Source: Limisphaerales bacterium
GTDB lineage: Bacteria > Verrucomicrobiota > Verrucomicrobiia > Limisphaerales > JAYPEY01
DNA length: 55,662 nucleotides
Reading direction: 5' to 3'
Assembly: GCA_047618185.1 (NCBI GenBank)
Contig: JBLHKZ010000002.1
Span: forward strand, 1 to 55,662
Positions 9,006 to 18,265 of the stretch are shown piece after piece. Under the pieces are notes generated by a model. The model saw only the letters and a program-made list of their open reading frames with translations. It made no database searches and was not told the DNA's origin. A program made the translations under genes and the position numbers. The first letter of the stretch is position 1. The number at the start of each line of letters is the position of its first letter.

Positions 9006-11885
9006 ATGAAGTCTCAGCTTCAAAAGCGCTGTTGTAGCTCGCGATCGGGATTTCCCGTTTTCGCGCTCTCCTTATCGCTTCTCGTTTCTTCCTTCGCCGC
9101 GTGGGCCGCCGCCCCGCTCCACCAGCGCATCGACGAAACCCTCGCCGCTTCCCGCGTGGAGGCCCCGCCGGCGCTGACCGACGACGCCACGTTTCTTCGA
9201 CGGGCCTGTCTCGACCTCACCGGTCGCATTCCTGCCCCCGACGCCGCCCGCGCCTTTCTCACGGACGCCAGCCCGGACAAGCGCGCGAAACTGGTGGACC
9301 GGTTGCTCGCCAGCCGCGAGCACATCCGCCACATGGCGATCACCTTCAACGTGACGCTGATCGAGCGCCGCTCCGACCCGCACGTGAAGTCCGACGCCTG
9401 GACCGATTTTCTTTTTTCACAGTTCGAAACCAACGCGCCCTACACCGAGCTGGTCCGAGCCATCCTCAGCGCCGAGGGAGAGGACGCAAAAAAGAACGGC
9501 CCCGCCAAGTTCCTGCTCGCCCGCGAGGCCGAACCCAACGCCCTCACGCGCGACATCGGCCGCATGTTCTTCGGCATGGATATGCAATGCGCGCAATGCC
9601 ACGACCACCCGCGCATCGACGACTACACACAGCGCGACTACTACGGCATCTACGCCTTTCTCAATCGCACCTACCTCTTCCGCCCGGACGCCAAGAAACC
9701 CGGCGTGGTGGCCGAGAAACCCACCGGCGAAGTGAGTTTCAAGTCCGTGTTTACCCAGGCTGAGGGCCAATCCAAACCGCGCCTGCCCGGTGACAAGGAA
9801 ATCACCGAACCCGTCGTAAAAGCAGGCCAGGAGTACCAGGTCAAGCCGGACAAGAAGAACAAGAAATTGCGCCCCATTCCCACCTACGCGCGACGCGCGC
9901 AATTGGCGAAACACATTGCGACCGGAGAGAACCTTCAATTCCGACGGAACATCGCCAACCGACTTTGGGCGCACATGATGGGCGCGGGCATTGTCGAACC
10001 AGTCGATGTCCTTCACTCCGACAATCCGCCCACCCACCCACTCCTGCTTGATTTGTTGGCCGATGAAATCGCCGCGATGAATTTCGACATGCGCGCGTTT
10101 CTGCGGGAGTTAGCGCTTTCGAAAACCTATCAAAGAGGCTTTGACATGCCCAAGTCGTTCGCGACGCCGGCCCAGTTGGCTTCAAAGAAACTCCTGCCGA
10201 TGGAGTCGGAGCATGCGCGCCTTGCCGCGAAAGCCGCGGAAGCCGGCAAGGCATTTGAGACGTTGAAGGAGGTCATCCTCAAACAGCAGACCGAGCTGAA
10301 GACAGCCAAGGAGGAAATGGCCAGGACCAACAAGTCGATCGCCGCCGCGCGAAAGGCCCGCGACGCCGAGAAAAAGAAACGGGACGCGGCCGCCAAGCCA
10401 TTGGCGCCGAAAACCAAGGCCTTGAACTCCCTCGCCGAGGCCTCGAAGTCTACGGCTTTGGCGGCGGCGGAATTAAAGGACGACAAGGAACTCGCGAAGG
10501 CCGCCGCCGTATTCGCAGATCGCCGGAAGAAACTGGAGGCCGAGGTCGCAAAGCTGAAGAAGGGACTGGAGCCTCGGGAAGCGAAACTCGCGGAGCTTGA
10601 AAAGACGCTGACTAAGGCGACAGCAGACGTGAAGGAGAAAAGCAAACGGGAGAATGCGGCGATCGCGAAGCTGGCCCCGCTTCAGGCCAAATACAACGCC
10701 GACAATCTCCGCCGCGCCAACGCCAAACTCGCCGCAAGCCACACGAAGCAGCGCCTCGACTCCGCCACCGCTTTGGTCGAGTTCGCCAAGAGCGAGCAGG
10801 AACTCGGAACCGCACGCACGGCTTCGGCCAAGGCTGAGGCCGCCGACCGGGAGAGCAAATCACAGCGCGAGAAGCGATTGGCCCAAGCCTCCGCGTCGCG
10901 CGTCGAGCTGGCCGCCACCCAGACCGGCGTAAATCAAATTCTCCTGAAACACGAGACCGCCGGACGCGCAACTGCCGAGGCGACCCTCGCTCTTGCCGAC
11001 CTGAACAAGACCTTGGGCAAATCGGACCTTGGCGAGCCCACTAAAAAAGGGCCATCCGCCGACGACCTGCTCAAGGACAAGTCTCGCCGTGAAACGGATT
11101 TGAAAACCGCGAAGGCAAACCAGGATGGAGCGCGCCAAACATTTCTCGCCTCCGCCAAACAACTTGTGTCGCTCAAATCGCAAACCCGCGAAAACACGAT
11201 CGCCCTAGCCAAAGCTGAAGCGCACAGCTCGAAGCTCGCCGACGAACTGGCCGCCTCCCAACGAGCGGCAACCGAGCAGGAAGGCAAGACGGACGCCCTG
11301 TTCACCGAGCTGACCGAAACCTGGAGCAAGCGCTTCGCGGTCGGAGGTTTGACCCCGCTGACGCCCGAGCAACTTTGCTGGAGCATGTTGCTGGCGACCG
11401 GCGAAGCACAAAAACACACCCGGGCTGGCGTCGCTGAATTTGAGAAGAAGAACCCGCTGAAGAAGGGCGCGAAAGCCGTCCCGGCCCGCGCAACAGAACG
11501 CGATAAGTTCGTGGAGAAATACGTTTACGGAAAACTCAAGAGCCAGGAGACCAATTTCATCTCCCTCTTTGGCAGCGCGGCGGGCTCGCCCCAGAACGCC
11601 TTCTTCGCGACGCCCGATCAGGCCCTGTTCTTTGCCAATGGCGGCAATGTGCGCGGCTGGTTGAATCCTTCCGGCAGCAACCTCACCGAGCGCCTTTCAA
11701 AACTTGAAAAGCCGGAGGCATTCGCCGAAGAGCTCTATCTCAGCGTCCTGACACGCAGACCCGACGCCGTGGAAATCGAAGACGTCAAACGCGATCTCGC
11801 CGCCCGCGGCGCCGACCGAAAAACCGCAGCCCAGGAGCTTGCCTGGGGCCTGCTGACCTCAATCGAATTTCGCTTTCGGCATTGA
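9006..11885 (+). CDS. DUF1549/DUF1553 domain protein with long central coiled-coil insert
   Basis: The track start at 8958 is TTG. ATG at 9006 gives MKSQLQKR...FALSLSLLVSSFAAWAA. Motifs FLRRACLDLTGRIPAPD, CAQCHDHPRIDDYTQRDYYG, IANRLWAHMMGAGIVEPVD. An A/K/E-rich heptad-like stretch lies between the two halves. Confidence 0.85.
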   Translation: MKSQLQKRCCSSRSGFPVFALSLSLLVSSFAAWAAAPLHQRIDETLAASRVEAPPALTDDATFLRRACLDLTGRIPAPDAARAFLTDASPDKRAKLVDRLLASREHIRHMAITFNVTLIERRSDPHVKSDAWTDFLFSQFETNAPYTELVRAILSAEGEDAKKNGPAKFLLAREAEPNALTRDIGRMFFGMDMQCAQCHDHPRIDDYTQRDYYGIYAFLNRTYLFRPDAKKPGVVAEKPTGEVSFKSVFTQAEGQSKPRLPGDKEITEPVVKAGQEYQVKPDKKNKKLRPIPTYARRAQLAKHIATGENLQFRRNIANRLWAHMMGAGIVEPVDVLHSDNPPTHPLLLDLLADEIAAMNFDMRAFLRELALSKTYQRGFDMPKSFATPAQLASKKLLPMESEHARLAAKAAEAGKAFETLKEVILKQQTELKTAKEEMARTNKSIAAARKARDAEKKKRDAAAKPLAPKTKALNSLAEASKSTALAAAELKDDKELAKAAAVFADRRKKLEAEVAKLKKGLEPREAKLAELEKTLTKATADVKEKSKRENAAIAKLAPLQAKYNADNLRRANAKLAASHTKQRLDSATALVEFAKSEQELGTARTASAKAEAADRESKSQREKRLAQASASRVELAATQTGVNQILLKHETAGRATAEATLALADLNKTLGKSDLGEPTKKGPSADDLLKDKSRRETDLKTAKANQDGARQTFLASAKQLVSLKSQTRENTIALAKAEAHSSKLADELAASQRAATEQEGKTDALFTELTETWSKRFAVGGLTPLTPEQLCWSMLLATGEAQKHTRAGVAEFEKKNPLKKGAKAVPARATERDKFVEKYVYGKLKSQETNFISLFGSAAGSPQNAFFATPDQALFFANGGNVRGWLNPSGSNLTERLSKLEKPEAFAEELYLSVLTRRPDAVEIEDVKRDLAARGADRKTAAQELAWGLLTSIEFRFRH

Positions 11886-11948
11886 CCGTCCATACGCCAG
11901 CGCCATTGATCGATAAACCAGTAAAGTCGTTTTAACCGAATACGAATT

Positions 11949-13238
11949 ATGAAATGTGACTACGCCTGCGGATCCGACGAGCACGCCATGGCTCGACGGA
12001 GCTTCCTGGGAACCCTGGCGGCCGGAACCGGCGCCGCCATGGGAGGTCTCGGCGCCTTCACCAGCCCCGCCGTCGCCAAAGAACTCGCGCGCGACCAGAA
12101 ACGCATGATCGTCGTCGACCTGCACGGCGGCCTGAGCCAGCTCGAAAGCTGGGATCCCAAACCGGGCACGGACACCGGCGGACCCTTTCGCGCGATTCCC
12201 ACCAGCGTCCCCGGCATTCACATCAGCGAATTGCTTCCGCACACGGCCAAGCAGATGCACCACCTCTCGCTCGTGCGCAGCATCAATATCAAAGAGACCG
12301 ACCACAGCAGAGGCCGCCACAAGATGCTGACCGGCTACAAGAAGACCCCCGCCGGCGCCTATCCCGAACTCGGCGCGGTGGTCGCCAAGGGCCTCGACGA
12401 CGGCTCCAATTCCCTGCCCGGCCACGTCAAGGTCTACGCCAGCGGCAGCGGCGCCCGCTCGGCCGACTCCGCCTACCTCGGGCCGAAATACGGCAGCATT
12501 TCCATCGGCGGCGGCAAGGCTCCCGCCAATTCCGAACGCCCCAGCTCGATCACCGACGAAGCCGACGCGCAGCGAAACCTGCTTCGCCAACGGGCCAACG
12601 AACGCTTCCTCAACCGGCGCCGCACCGCCCAGACCGACGCCTACATGCAAAGCTACGAACAGGCCGCCGAACTGATGGCCCGCCGCGAAATTTTTGATCT
12701 ATCAAAGGAATCGAAAAAGGATCAGGAGCGCTATGGCAGTCACGACTTTGGCCGGCATTGCCTGATGGCCCGCCGCCTCGCGGAAAGCGGCATCAACTAC
12801 GTCAAGATCCGCCACTCGAACTACGACACCCACAACGAGAATTTCAATTTCCACTTCGAGCAACTCGGCGAGTTCGACAAGCCCTTTGCCACGCTGATCG
12901 CGGACCTCGCAGATCGCGGCATGATGGAGAGCACCCTCGTAGTCGTGCTCTCGGAATTTGGCCGCACCCCGAAGATCAACGAACGCTACGGCCGCGATCA
13001 CTGGGGCAAGGCCTGGTCCATCTGCCTCGGCGGCGCCGGCATCCAACCCGGCGCGATCATCGGCGCCACGAACAAGAACGGCACCGCGGTCTCCGAACGC
13101 GAAGTCGACGCCGGCCATCTCTTCCACACCTACCTGCGCGCCCTCGGCCTGAGATCAAATCGCCAATTCAACATCGGCGGCCGCAAATTCCCCATGGCGG
13201 ATCCCGCGATGGAGCCCATCAGGGAATTGCTGGCCTAA
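11949..13238 (+). CDS. DUF1501 domain protein, Tat signal
   Basis: ATG start (alternative ATG at 11988). ARRSFLGTLAAGTGAAMGG, VVVLSEFGRTPKINERYGRDHWGKAWSICLGGAGIQPG. Starts 64 bp after the DUF1553 partner. Confidence 0.9.
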   Translation: MKCDYACGSDEHAMARRSFLGTLAAGTGAAMGGLGAFTSPAVAKELARDQKRMIVVDLHGGLSQLESWDPKPGTDTGGPFRAIPTSVPGIHISELLPHTAKQMHHLSLVRSINIKETDHSRGRHKMLTGYKKTPAGAYPELGAVVAKGLDDGSNSLPGHVKVYASGSGARSADSAYLGPKYGSISIGGGKAPANSERPSSITDEADAQRNLLRQRANERFLNRRRTAQTDAYMQSYEQAAELMARREIFDLSKESKKDQERYGSHDFGRHCLMARRLAESGINYVKIRHSNYDTHNENFNFHFEQLGEFDKPFATLIADLADRGMMESTLVVVLSEFGRTPKINERYGRDHWGKAWSICLGGAGIQPGAIIGATNKNGTAVSEREVDAGHLFHTYLRALGLRSNRQFNIGGRKFPMADPAMEPIRELLA

Positions 13239-13254
13239 AACGCCAAACCAAGGA

Positions 13255-13276
13255 GCGGCGGCATTCCTGCCGCCGT
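13255..13276 (+). terminator. GC-rich hairpin just after the DUF1501 stop (no U-tract)
   Basis: GCGGCGGCA-TTCC-TGCCGCCGT read directly, 17 nt after the stop at 13238. It is not followed by a T run, so it may be a REP-type hairpin rather than an intrinsic terminator. Confidence 0.35.
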
Positions 13277-13694
13277 GGCCCCGCAGGGGTCAAAATCAAA
13301 CCTCGCCGTCCCGCCAGAAATAGAATCTCAACCTGATGTATGCGCCTGGAGGCTGTGTGCCTGCTCCGCATGCAGGGCGGCAGAAATCCCGCCCCTCCTT
13401 GTTCGCCCCTGAGCCCAGTCAGAATCAAACGCGAAGCGTTTTCAGCTCAAGTAGCCGGGCGGTAAGTCCTCGCCACCCCCGGAACATGCCAGCAAAACGC
13501 CTCAACCCCGAAGGGCGTCGCAGAAATCAAATCCCGAGCTGACTCTCCGTCGGCGAGCAATTCCTTTCAATTAATCAACCGGGTCACGAATGAGATGTCT
13601 GGGCTGAAAGCCCAACCGCGCAAAGCATAGGGCTTCAGCCCTATGTATTCGCCGGCTTTATTTGCGGCCCGAAGGGTCACCCGCGAGGGTGCGC

Positions 13695-14162
13695 TTACAA
13701 GTCGCGCACTCCGGCCGTCTCAGTGAAAATGTGACGCGCCATCCCATCGAAATCACCCTCGAATTTGGCGGGATCAACAGTGAGGAATGGTTCGTTTCGA
13801 GAAAGGTGCTTACCAATGTTGTCATACTGGTTCATTTCGTCTTGGTCGCGCTTGTCGGTGCGCTGGGCGTTTCGACGTTCCACTCTTGCCCGGTATTCCT
13901 CTCGGTCATTGTGGTAAAGTGCGACTACCTTTGAGCCTTCGGGAAAAAAATTGGGATGCACCTCGGCTGCTCCGATGAAAACGTATTCGGGAAGAGGGTA
14001 TTTGTTCATGGAACTCAAGAATGATTTGCGAAAAGAGGTGTCATTGGGAAGGGATTCCAGATCGATCGCAACACATTCAGGATAGTTGAGAGCAAGGTGG
14101 ATAATGGCGGTGGTTTTCCCACAGCCCGGCGGACCATATAGAAGAAAAAGCGTGGTAGTCAT
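13695..14162 (-). CDS. small P-loop NTPase (kinase-sized, 155 aa), orphan
   Basis: ATG start. Walker A LLYGPPGCGKTT at residues 7-18. Sequence is visibly more A/T-rich than the flanks. Isolated between two repeat-filled spacers. Confidence 0.7.
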   Translation of the reverse strand: MTTTLFLLYGPPGCGKTTAIIHLALNYPECVAIDLESLPNDTSFRKSFLSSMNKYPLPEYVFIGAAEVHPNFFPEGSKVVALYHNDREEYRARVERRNAQRTDKRDQDEMNQYDNIGKHLSRNEPFLTVDPAKFEGDFDGMARHIFTETAGVRDL

Positions 14163-14261
14163 AGCTTCTCAAGACATGAGGTCATCCGATTCGCTCGCCA
14201 TCTCTTGACGATACTCATACCGCTAACCCAAGCCAATTCAGAATCAAGCCGCGTTTTGCTT

Positions 14262-14487
14262 TATCCCAACGGGATTACGTCCTACAGCCCGGCGTTGGCC
14301 TTCCGCGACAGCGGTCGGCCTACCCTGGGTCACACGCCCCATTTCGAATCAACCCCAACGGGGTTGCGCCCATAAACGCCGACAATCGGCGCAACACCTT
14401 TGGCGTTGAAGATGCCGTTTGGTCTTTGTTCCCGGGGTAGGTCGTTCCTCCCAACCCCGGGCTTTGAGGCGGAATCCCGTTGGGATA
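14262..14487. repeat. composite palindromic repeat (family R3)
   Basis: Arms TATCCCAACGGGATTACGTCCTACAGCCCGGCGTTGG...CCTACCCTGGG (14262-14329) and CCCGGGGTAGG...CCAACCCCGGGCTTTGAGGCGGAATCCCGTTGGGATA (14431-14487) are inverted copies. Related copies lie at 54733-54907 and 24136-24171. Confidence 0.65.
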
Positions 14488-14788
14488 CGAATGCGACCGT
14501 TTTGAACCTCATGGGCAAAGCTCAGCTCCGAGGAAGCCGATCTCTGTTCTCTCCTGCTTGCTCCTGTTCAAAACGTCTTGTGGCAACGCGAAGCGTTAAC
14601 ACTCATGGGCGTGCCCTGGCCTTTCACAACTTTTGTTCCCCACAAAATACATCGGACGCGGTGGAACGCGATCCCTACCGCGCTACTACCTGTCATGGCG
14701 CCAGCTTCCGTTTGCGGCTGTTTCGCCAAAATTCGTCTCATCTTGAACATTGCGTTCCTGCGATACGTCGACAAAGACTATCGTATAC

Positions 14789-16702
14789 ATGTCGTTTTCG
14801 AATCCTCGATCCAATGGGAAGAACGCCCGCCGCGCGCGCGGGCTGCCGCTGATGCTCGCGGCGCTCCTTGGCGGCTCAGGCCCGCTCGCCGCCGAAGAAC
14901 CCCACTGGGCCTTCACCCCGGTCACACCGACCCTCCCTCCCGTAGACAAATCCGGCTGGGCGCAGAACGAGATCGATCGATTCATCGTCGCGAAGTTGAA
15001 GGACGCTGGCCTGAAACCCAATCCACCGGCCGACAAACGGACGCTGATCCGCCGGGCCTATTTTGATCTCATTGGACTTCCCCCGACGCCCGACAAGATC
15101 GACGCCTTCCTCTCCGACAAGTCACCCAGCGCATTCGAAAAAGTCGTCGATAAACTCCTCGCTTCGGAGCACTACGGCGAGCGTTGGGGCCGGCATTGGC
15201 TCGACCTCGCGCGCTACGCCGACACTTCGGGCGACGGCGCCGACGCTCCCGTTCCAGAGGCGCACCTTTACCGGGATTACATCATCGATTCGTTCAATCA
15301 GGATCTGCCCTACGATCAGCTCATCATCGAACAGATCGCCGGCGACCTGCTGGCCAAACGCGAGCCGGAGAATCGCGCGCGCGAACGCATCATCGCCACC
15401 AGTTTCATCGGGCTCACGCGCCGCTTCAACAATGGCGAGTACCGCGACATGCATCTCGTCATCGAGAATACGGTGTCCACGATTTCCAAGGGCATGCTCG
15501 GTATGACCATCGGCTGCGCGCGCTGCCACGATCACAAGTTCGATCCCATTTCCATGGAGGATTACTACGGGCTTTATGGCTACTTCGAGAGCACGCAATA
15601 CCCGCACGCCGGAACGGAGTCCGGACGCCAGCGAAAGAACTTCACCAAACTGCCCGGCGGCGGCCTCGCCTACGCGGTGTTCGACAAGACGGATAAAAAG
15701 AAGATCGGCGACACCCGCATGCACCAAAGCGGCAACCCGGGCAGCCGGGGAGAAAACGCGCCGCGCGGCTTTCTGGACATCATCGACAAGTCCGAAGCCA
15801 AAATCCCCGAAGGCGAGTCCGGCCGGCTTCAGCTCGCCGAATGGATCTCCTCGCCGAAAAACCCCCTAACCACGCGCGTCATCGCCAATCGCATCTGGCA
15901 ATACCACTTCGGCCGCGGACTCGTGAAAAGCTCGAGCATGTTTGGCAAACAGGGCGAGGACCCGACCCATCCCGGATTGCTTGACTGGCTGGCCGATCGA
16001 TTCGTACAGGACGGCTGGTCGTTCAAGAGCATGCACAAGCGCATCCTGCTCTCGCAAACCTGGCGCCAATCAAGCGACATCTCGAAAGCCGCCGACGCCA
16101 ACGATCCGACCAACGATTTGCTCGGACGCTATCCTCGCCGCCGCCTCGAATCCGAGCCCATGCGCGACGCGACGCTCTTTGTCAGCGGCCGCCTCAAGAA
16201 CGGCAGCCCCGGCGCGCATCCCTTTCCGAAGCCAAACTCAAAGGACGAGTATCCCTACACCCAGCACAACCCCTTTCGCAAAGACTACGACCACGAATAC
16301 CGCACGGTCTATCTGCCTTCGCGTCGGCTGGGCAAACACCCGTACATGGAGACATTCAATGGGCCAGACCCCAACGAATGCACCGCCAACCGAGCCGTGT
16401 CCACTGTGCCGTTGCAATCGTTGTATTGGATGAACAGCGATTTCATTCGTGATTGCTCGAGGGCTCTCGCTGGCCAGTTGGCAATGCACTCGAAGGATCC
16501 AGCCAAACGCATCGAACTGGGTTTTGAAATCGCCTTCGCCCGCAAGCCAAGCGCCGAAGAAACACGCTCGCTCGCGGAATACGTCGCCAACTATGCGAAG
16601 AAGTTGCCCGTGTCCGAGAAGCCCGAAGATCGTGAGACGAGAGCCTGGGCCAGCCTTTGCCGCATCCTCCTCTCAAGCAATGAGTTCATCTATGTGGATT
16701 AG
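14789..16702 (+). CDS. DUF1549/DUF1553 domain protein (short form)
   Basis: ATG at 14789 gives MSFSNPRSNGKNARRARGLPLMLAALLGGSGPLAA. Motifs WLDLARYADTSGD, GCARCHDHKFDPISMEDYYG, RVIANRIWQYHFGRGLV, PLQSLYWMNSDFI. Confidence 0.9.
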   Translation: MSFSNPRSNGKNARRARGLPLMLAALLGGSGPLAAEEPHWAFTPVTPTLPPVDKSGWAQNEIDRFIVAKLKDAGLKPNPPADKRTLIRRAYFDLIGLPPTPDKIDAFLSDKSPSAFEKVVDKLLASEHYGERWGRHWLDLARYADTSGDGADAPVPEAHLYRDYIIDSFNQDLPYDQLIIEQIAGDLLAKREPENRARERIIATSFIGLTRRFNNGEYRDMHLVIENTVSTISKGMLGMTIGCARCHDHKFDPISMEDYYGLYGYFESTQYPHAGTESGRQRKNFTKLPGGGLAYAVFDKTDKKKIGDTRMHQSGNPGSRGENAPRGFLDIIDKSEAKIPEGESGRLQLAEWISSPKNPLTTRVIANRIWQYHFGRGLVKSSSMFGKQGEDPTHPGLLDWLADRFVQDGWSFKSMHKRILLSQTWRQSSDISKAADANDPTNDLLGRYPRRRLESEPMRDATLFVSGRLKNGSPGAHPFPKPNSKDEYPYTQHNPFRKDYDHEYRTVYLPSRRLGKHPYMETFNGPDPNECTANRAVSTVPLQSLYWMNSDFIRDCSRALAGQLAMHSKDPAKRIELGFEIAFARKPSAEETRSLAEYVANYAKKLPVSEKPEDRETRAWASLCRILLSSNEFIYVD

Positions 16703-16741
16703 CGTGTATTCCAATCAATTGATCGCCAATTCCTTTAGGAA

Positions 16742-16800
16742 GGGACACCGAGGACGGCGTCCCTCTCAACGACAGAGACGGACGCCGTCCGCAGTGTCCC
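16742..16800 (+). repeat. long imperfect hairpin (family R1) between DUF1553 stop and DUF1501 start
   Basis: GGGACAC..GGACGGCGTCC-CTCT..AGAG-..GGACGCCGTCC..GTGTCCC gives 7+11+4 bp of pairing, read directly. A second copy at 27946-28004 has the same orientation relative to another DUF1501 gene. Confidence 0.65.
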
Positions 16801-16815
16801 ATTTCTGAATCCGCC

Positions 16816-18195
16816 ATGAAAAAAAACATCACCCGCCGCTCAATGTTGAAGGGCTCTCTTGCAATGGGCGGCGCCTGCGCGGGCTACGGCCTGACCGGCC
16901 GACTGCTGCCCGCCTTGGCCTCACCGGCAGCCGAGCCGCATCCGCTCGCCGCTCGCGCGCCTCACTTCGCGCCGCGCGCCAAACGCGTGATCATGTTCTT
17001 CCTCACGGGCGGCATGTCGCACGTCGACTCCTTCGATCCCAAGCCCGAGCTCACCAGGCGCAACGGCCAGGCCTATGGCAAAGCCAGCTCCAAACAGAAA
17101 TACGTCGGCTCGCATTGGGCGCACAAGCCGCATGGCCAAAGCGGCATCGAGATCACCGACCTGTTTCCACACGTCGCGACCGTTGCTGACGAGCTGTGCC
17201 TGATTCGTTCGATGCATGGCGATCATGGCGATCACTTTGAGGCGACCCTGCACATGCACACAGGTTCCGGCGGAGCCGCACGGCCCGGCATGGGCGCCTG
17301 GACCAGCTTTGGCCTCGGCTCGGAGAACACGAACCTCCCTTCGCATGTCGTCTTTGCCGAGCGCAAGCCCTACGCAGGCGCGCAGGTCTGGGATTCCAAC
17401 TTCCTGCCCGCCTATCATCAGGGCGTGCGACTGCGACCGGGAGAAGAGCCGATCCCCCATTTGAATCCGCAGAAGGACAATCCTCTGAATCTGCAACAGG
17501 CCGAGCTGGCGATGCTGAAGCAGATCAACCAGCGCCACCTGAATTCACGCGGCGACAGCGAACTGGCGGCGCGCATGCTCAGCTTTGAGACTGCCGCCAA
17601 CCTCCAGCGCCTGGCGCCCGACCTTTTCGATCTCAAGGACGAGAGCGACAAGACCCTCGCACTCTACGGCGCCAAACGCGGCGACAATCGCAGCTTTGGC
17701 TGGCAGACCCTCGTCGCCCGACGCATGGCCGAAAGCGGCGTGCGCTTCATTGAGCTCGTCGACACCGGATCCAGCGGAAACTGGGATCGCCACAGCAACA
17801 TCAAGGGGAACGGCCCGCTCGCGAAGAAAGTCGATCAACCCATCGCCGCATTGATCAAGGACTTGAAAGAGCGCGGCATGCTGGAAGACACGCTCGTGAT
17901 CGGCGCGACGGAATTCGGCCGCACGGCCTACGGCGGAAGCGGCGGGCGCAACCACCACGCAAAATCGTTCACCTGCTGGCTGGCCGGCGGTGGCGTCAAG
18001 GCCGGTCACGTCCACGGCGCCACCGACGAGTTCGGCCTGACCATCGCGAAGGATCCCGTGCACGTGCACGATTTCCACGCAACCATTCTCCACCTGCTCG
18101 GTCTCGACCACGAACGCCTGACCTTCGATCACGCTGGCCGGGCCTTTCGCCTCACGGATGTTTTCGGCAATGTCGTGAACGACATCCTCGCGTAG
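16816..18195 (+). CDS. DUF1501 domain protein, Tat signal
   Basis: MKKNITRRSMLKGSLAMGGACAG, VIGATEFGRTAYGGSGGRNHHAKSFTCWLAGGGVKAG, and a C-terminal FRLTDVFGNVV like the gene at 1099..2568. Confidence 0.92.
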   Translation: MKKNITRRSMLKGSLAMGGACAGYGLTGRLLPALASPAAEPHPLAARAPHFAPRAKRVIMFFLTGGMSHVDSFDPKPELTRRNGQAYGKASSKQKYVGSHWAHKPHGQSGIEITDLFPHVATVADELCLIRSMHGDHGDHFEATLHMHTGSGGAARPGMGAWTSFGLGSENTNLPSHVVFAERKPYAGAQVWDSNFLPAYHQGVRLRPGEEPIPHLNPQKDNPLNLQQAELAMLKQINQRHLNSRGDSELAARMLSFETAANLQRLAPDLFDLKDESDKTLALYGAKRGDNRSFGWQTLVARRMAESGVRFIELVDTGSSGNWDRHSNIKGNGPLAKKVDQPIAALIKDLKERGMLEDTLVIGATEFGRTAYGGSGGRNHHAKSFTCWLAGGGVKAGHVHGATDEFGLTIAKDPVHVHDFHATILHLLGLDHERLTFDHAGRAFRLTDVFGNVVNDILA

Positions 18196-18265
18196 CGCCT
18201 GGCACAAAACGCGAACCACACACCAAGACATAAAGAACTACGAACACACTCAGCCCGGCGTTCTC

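Noticed and set aside
13239-13694. Recurrent CAGAA(A)TCAAA motif separated by GC-rich hairpins, considered as a possible CRISPR-like array.
   Set aside because: Spacing is irregular, the repeat units are short and not identical, and no cas genes are present. It is better described as a mosaic of REP-type hairpins.
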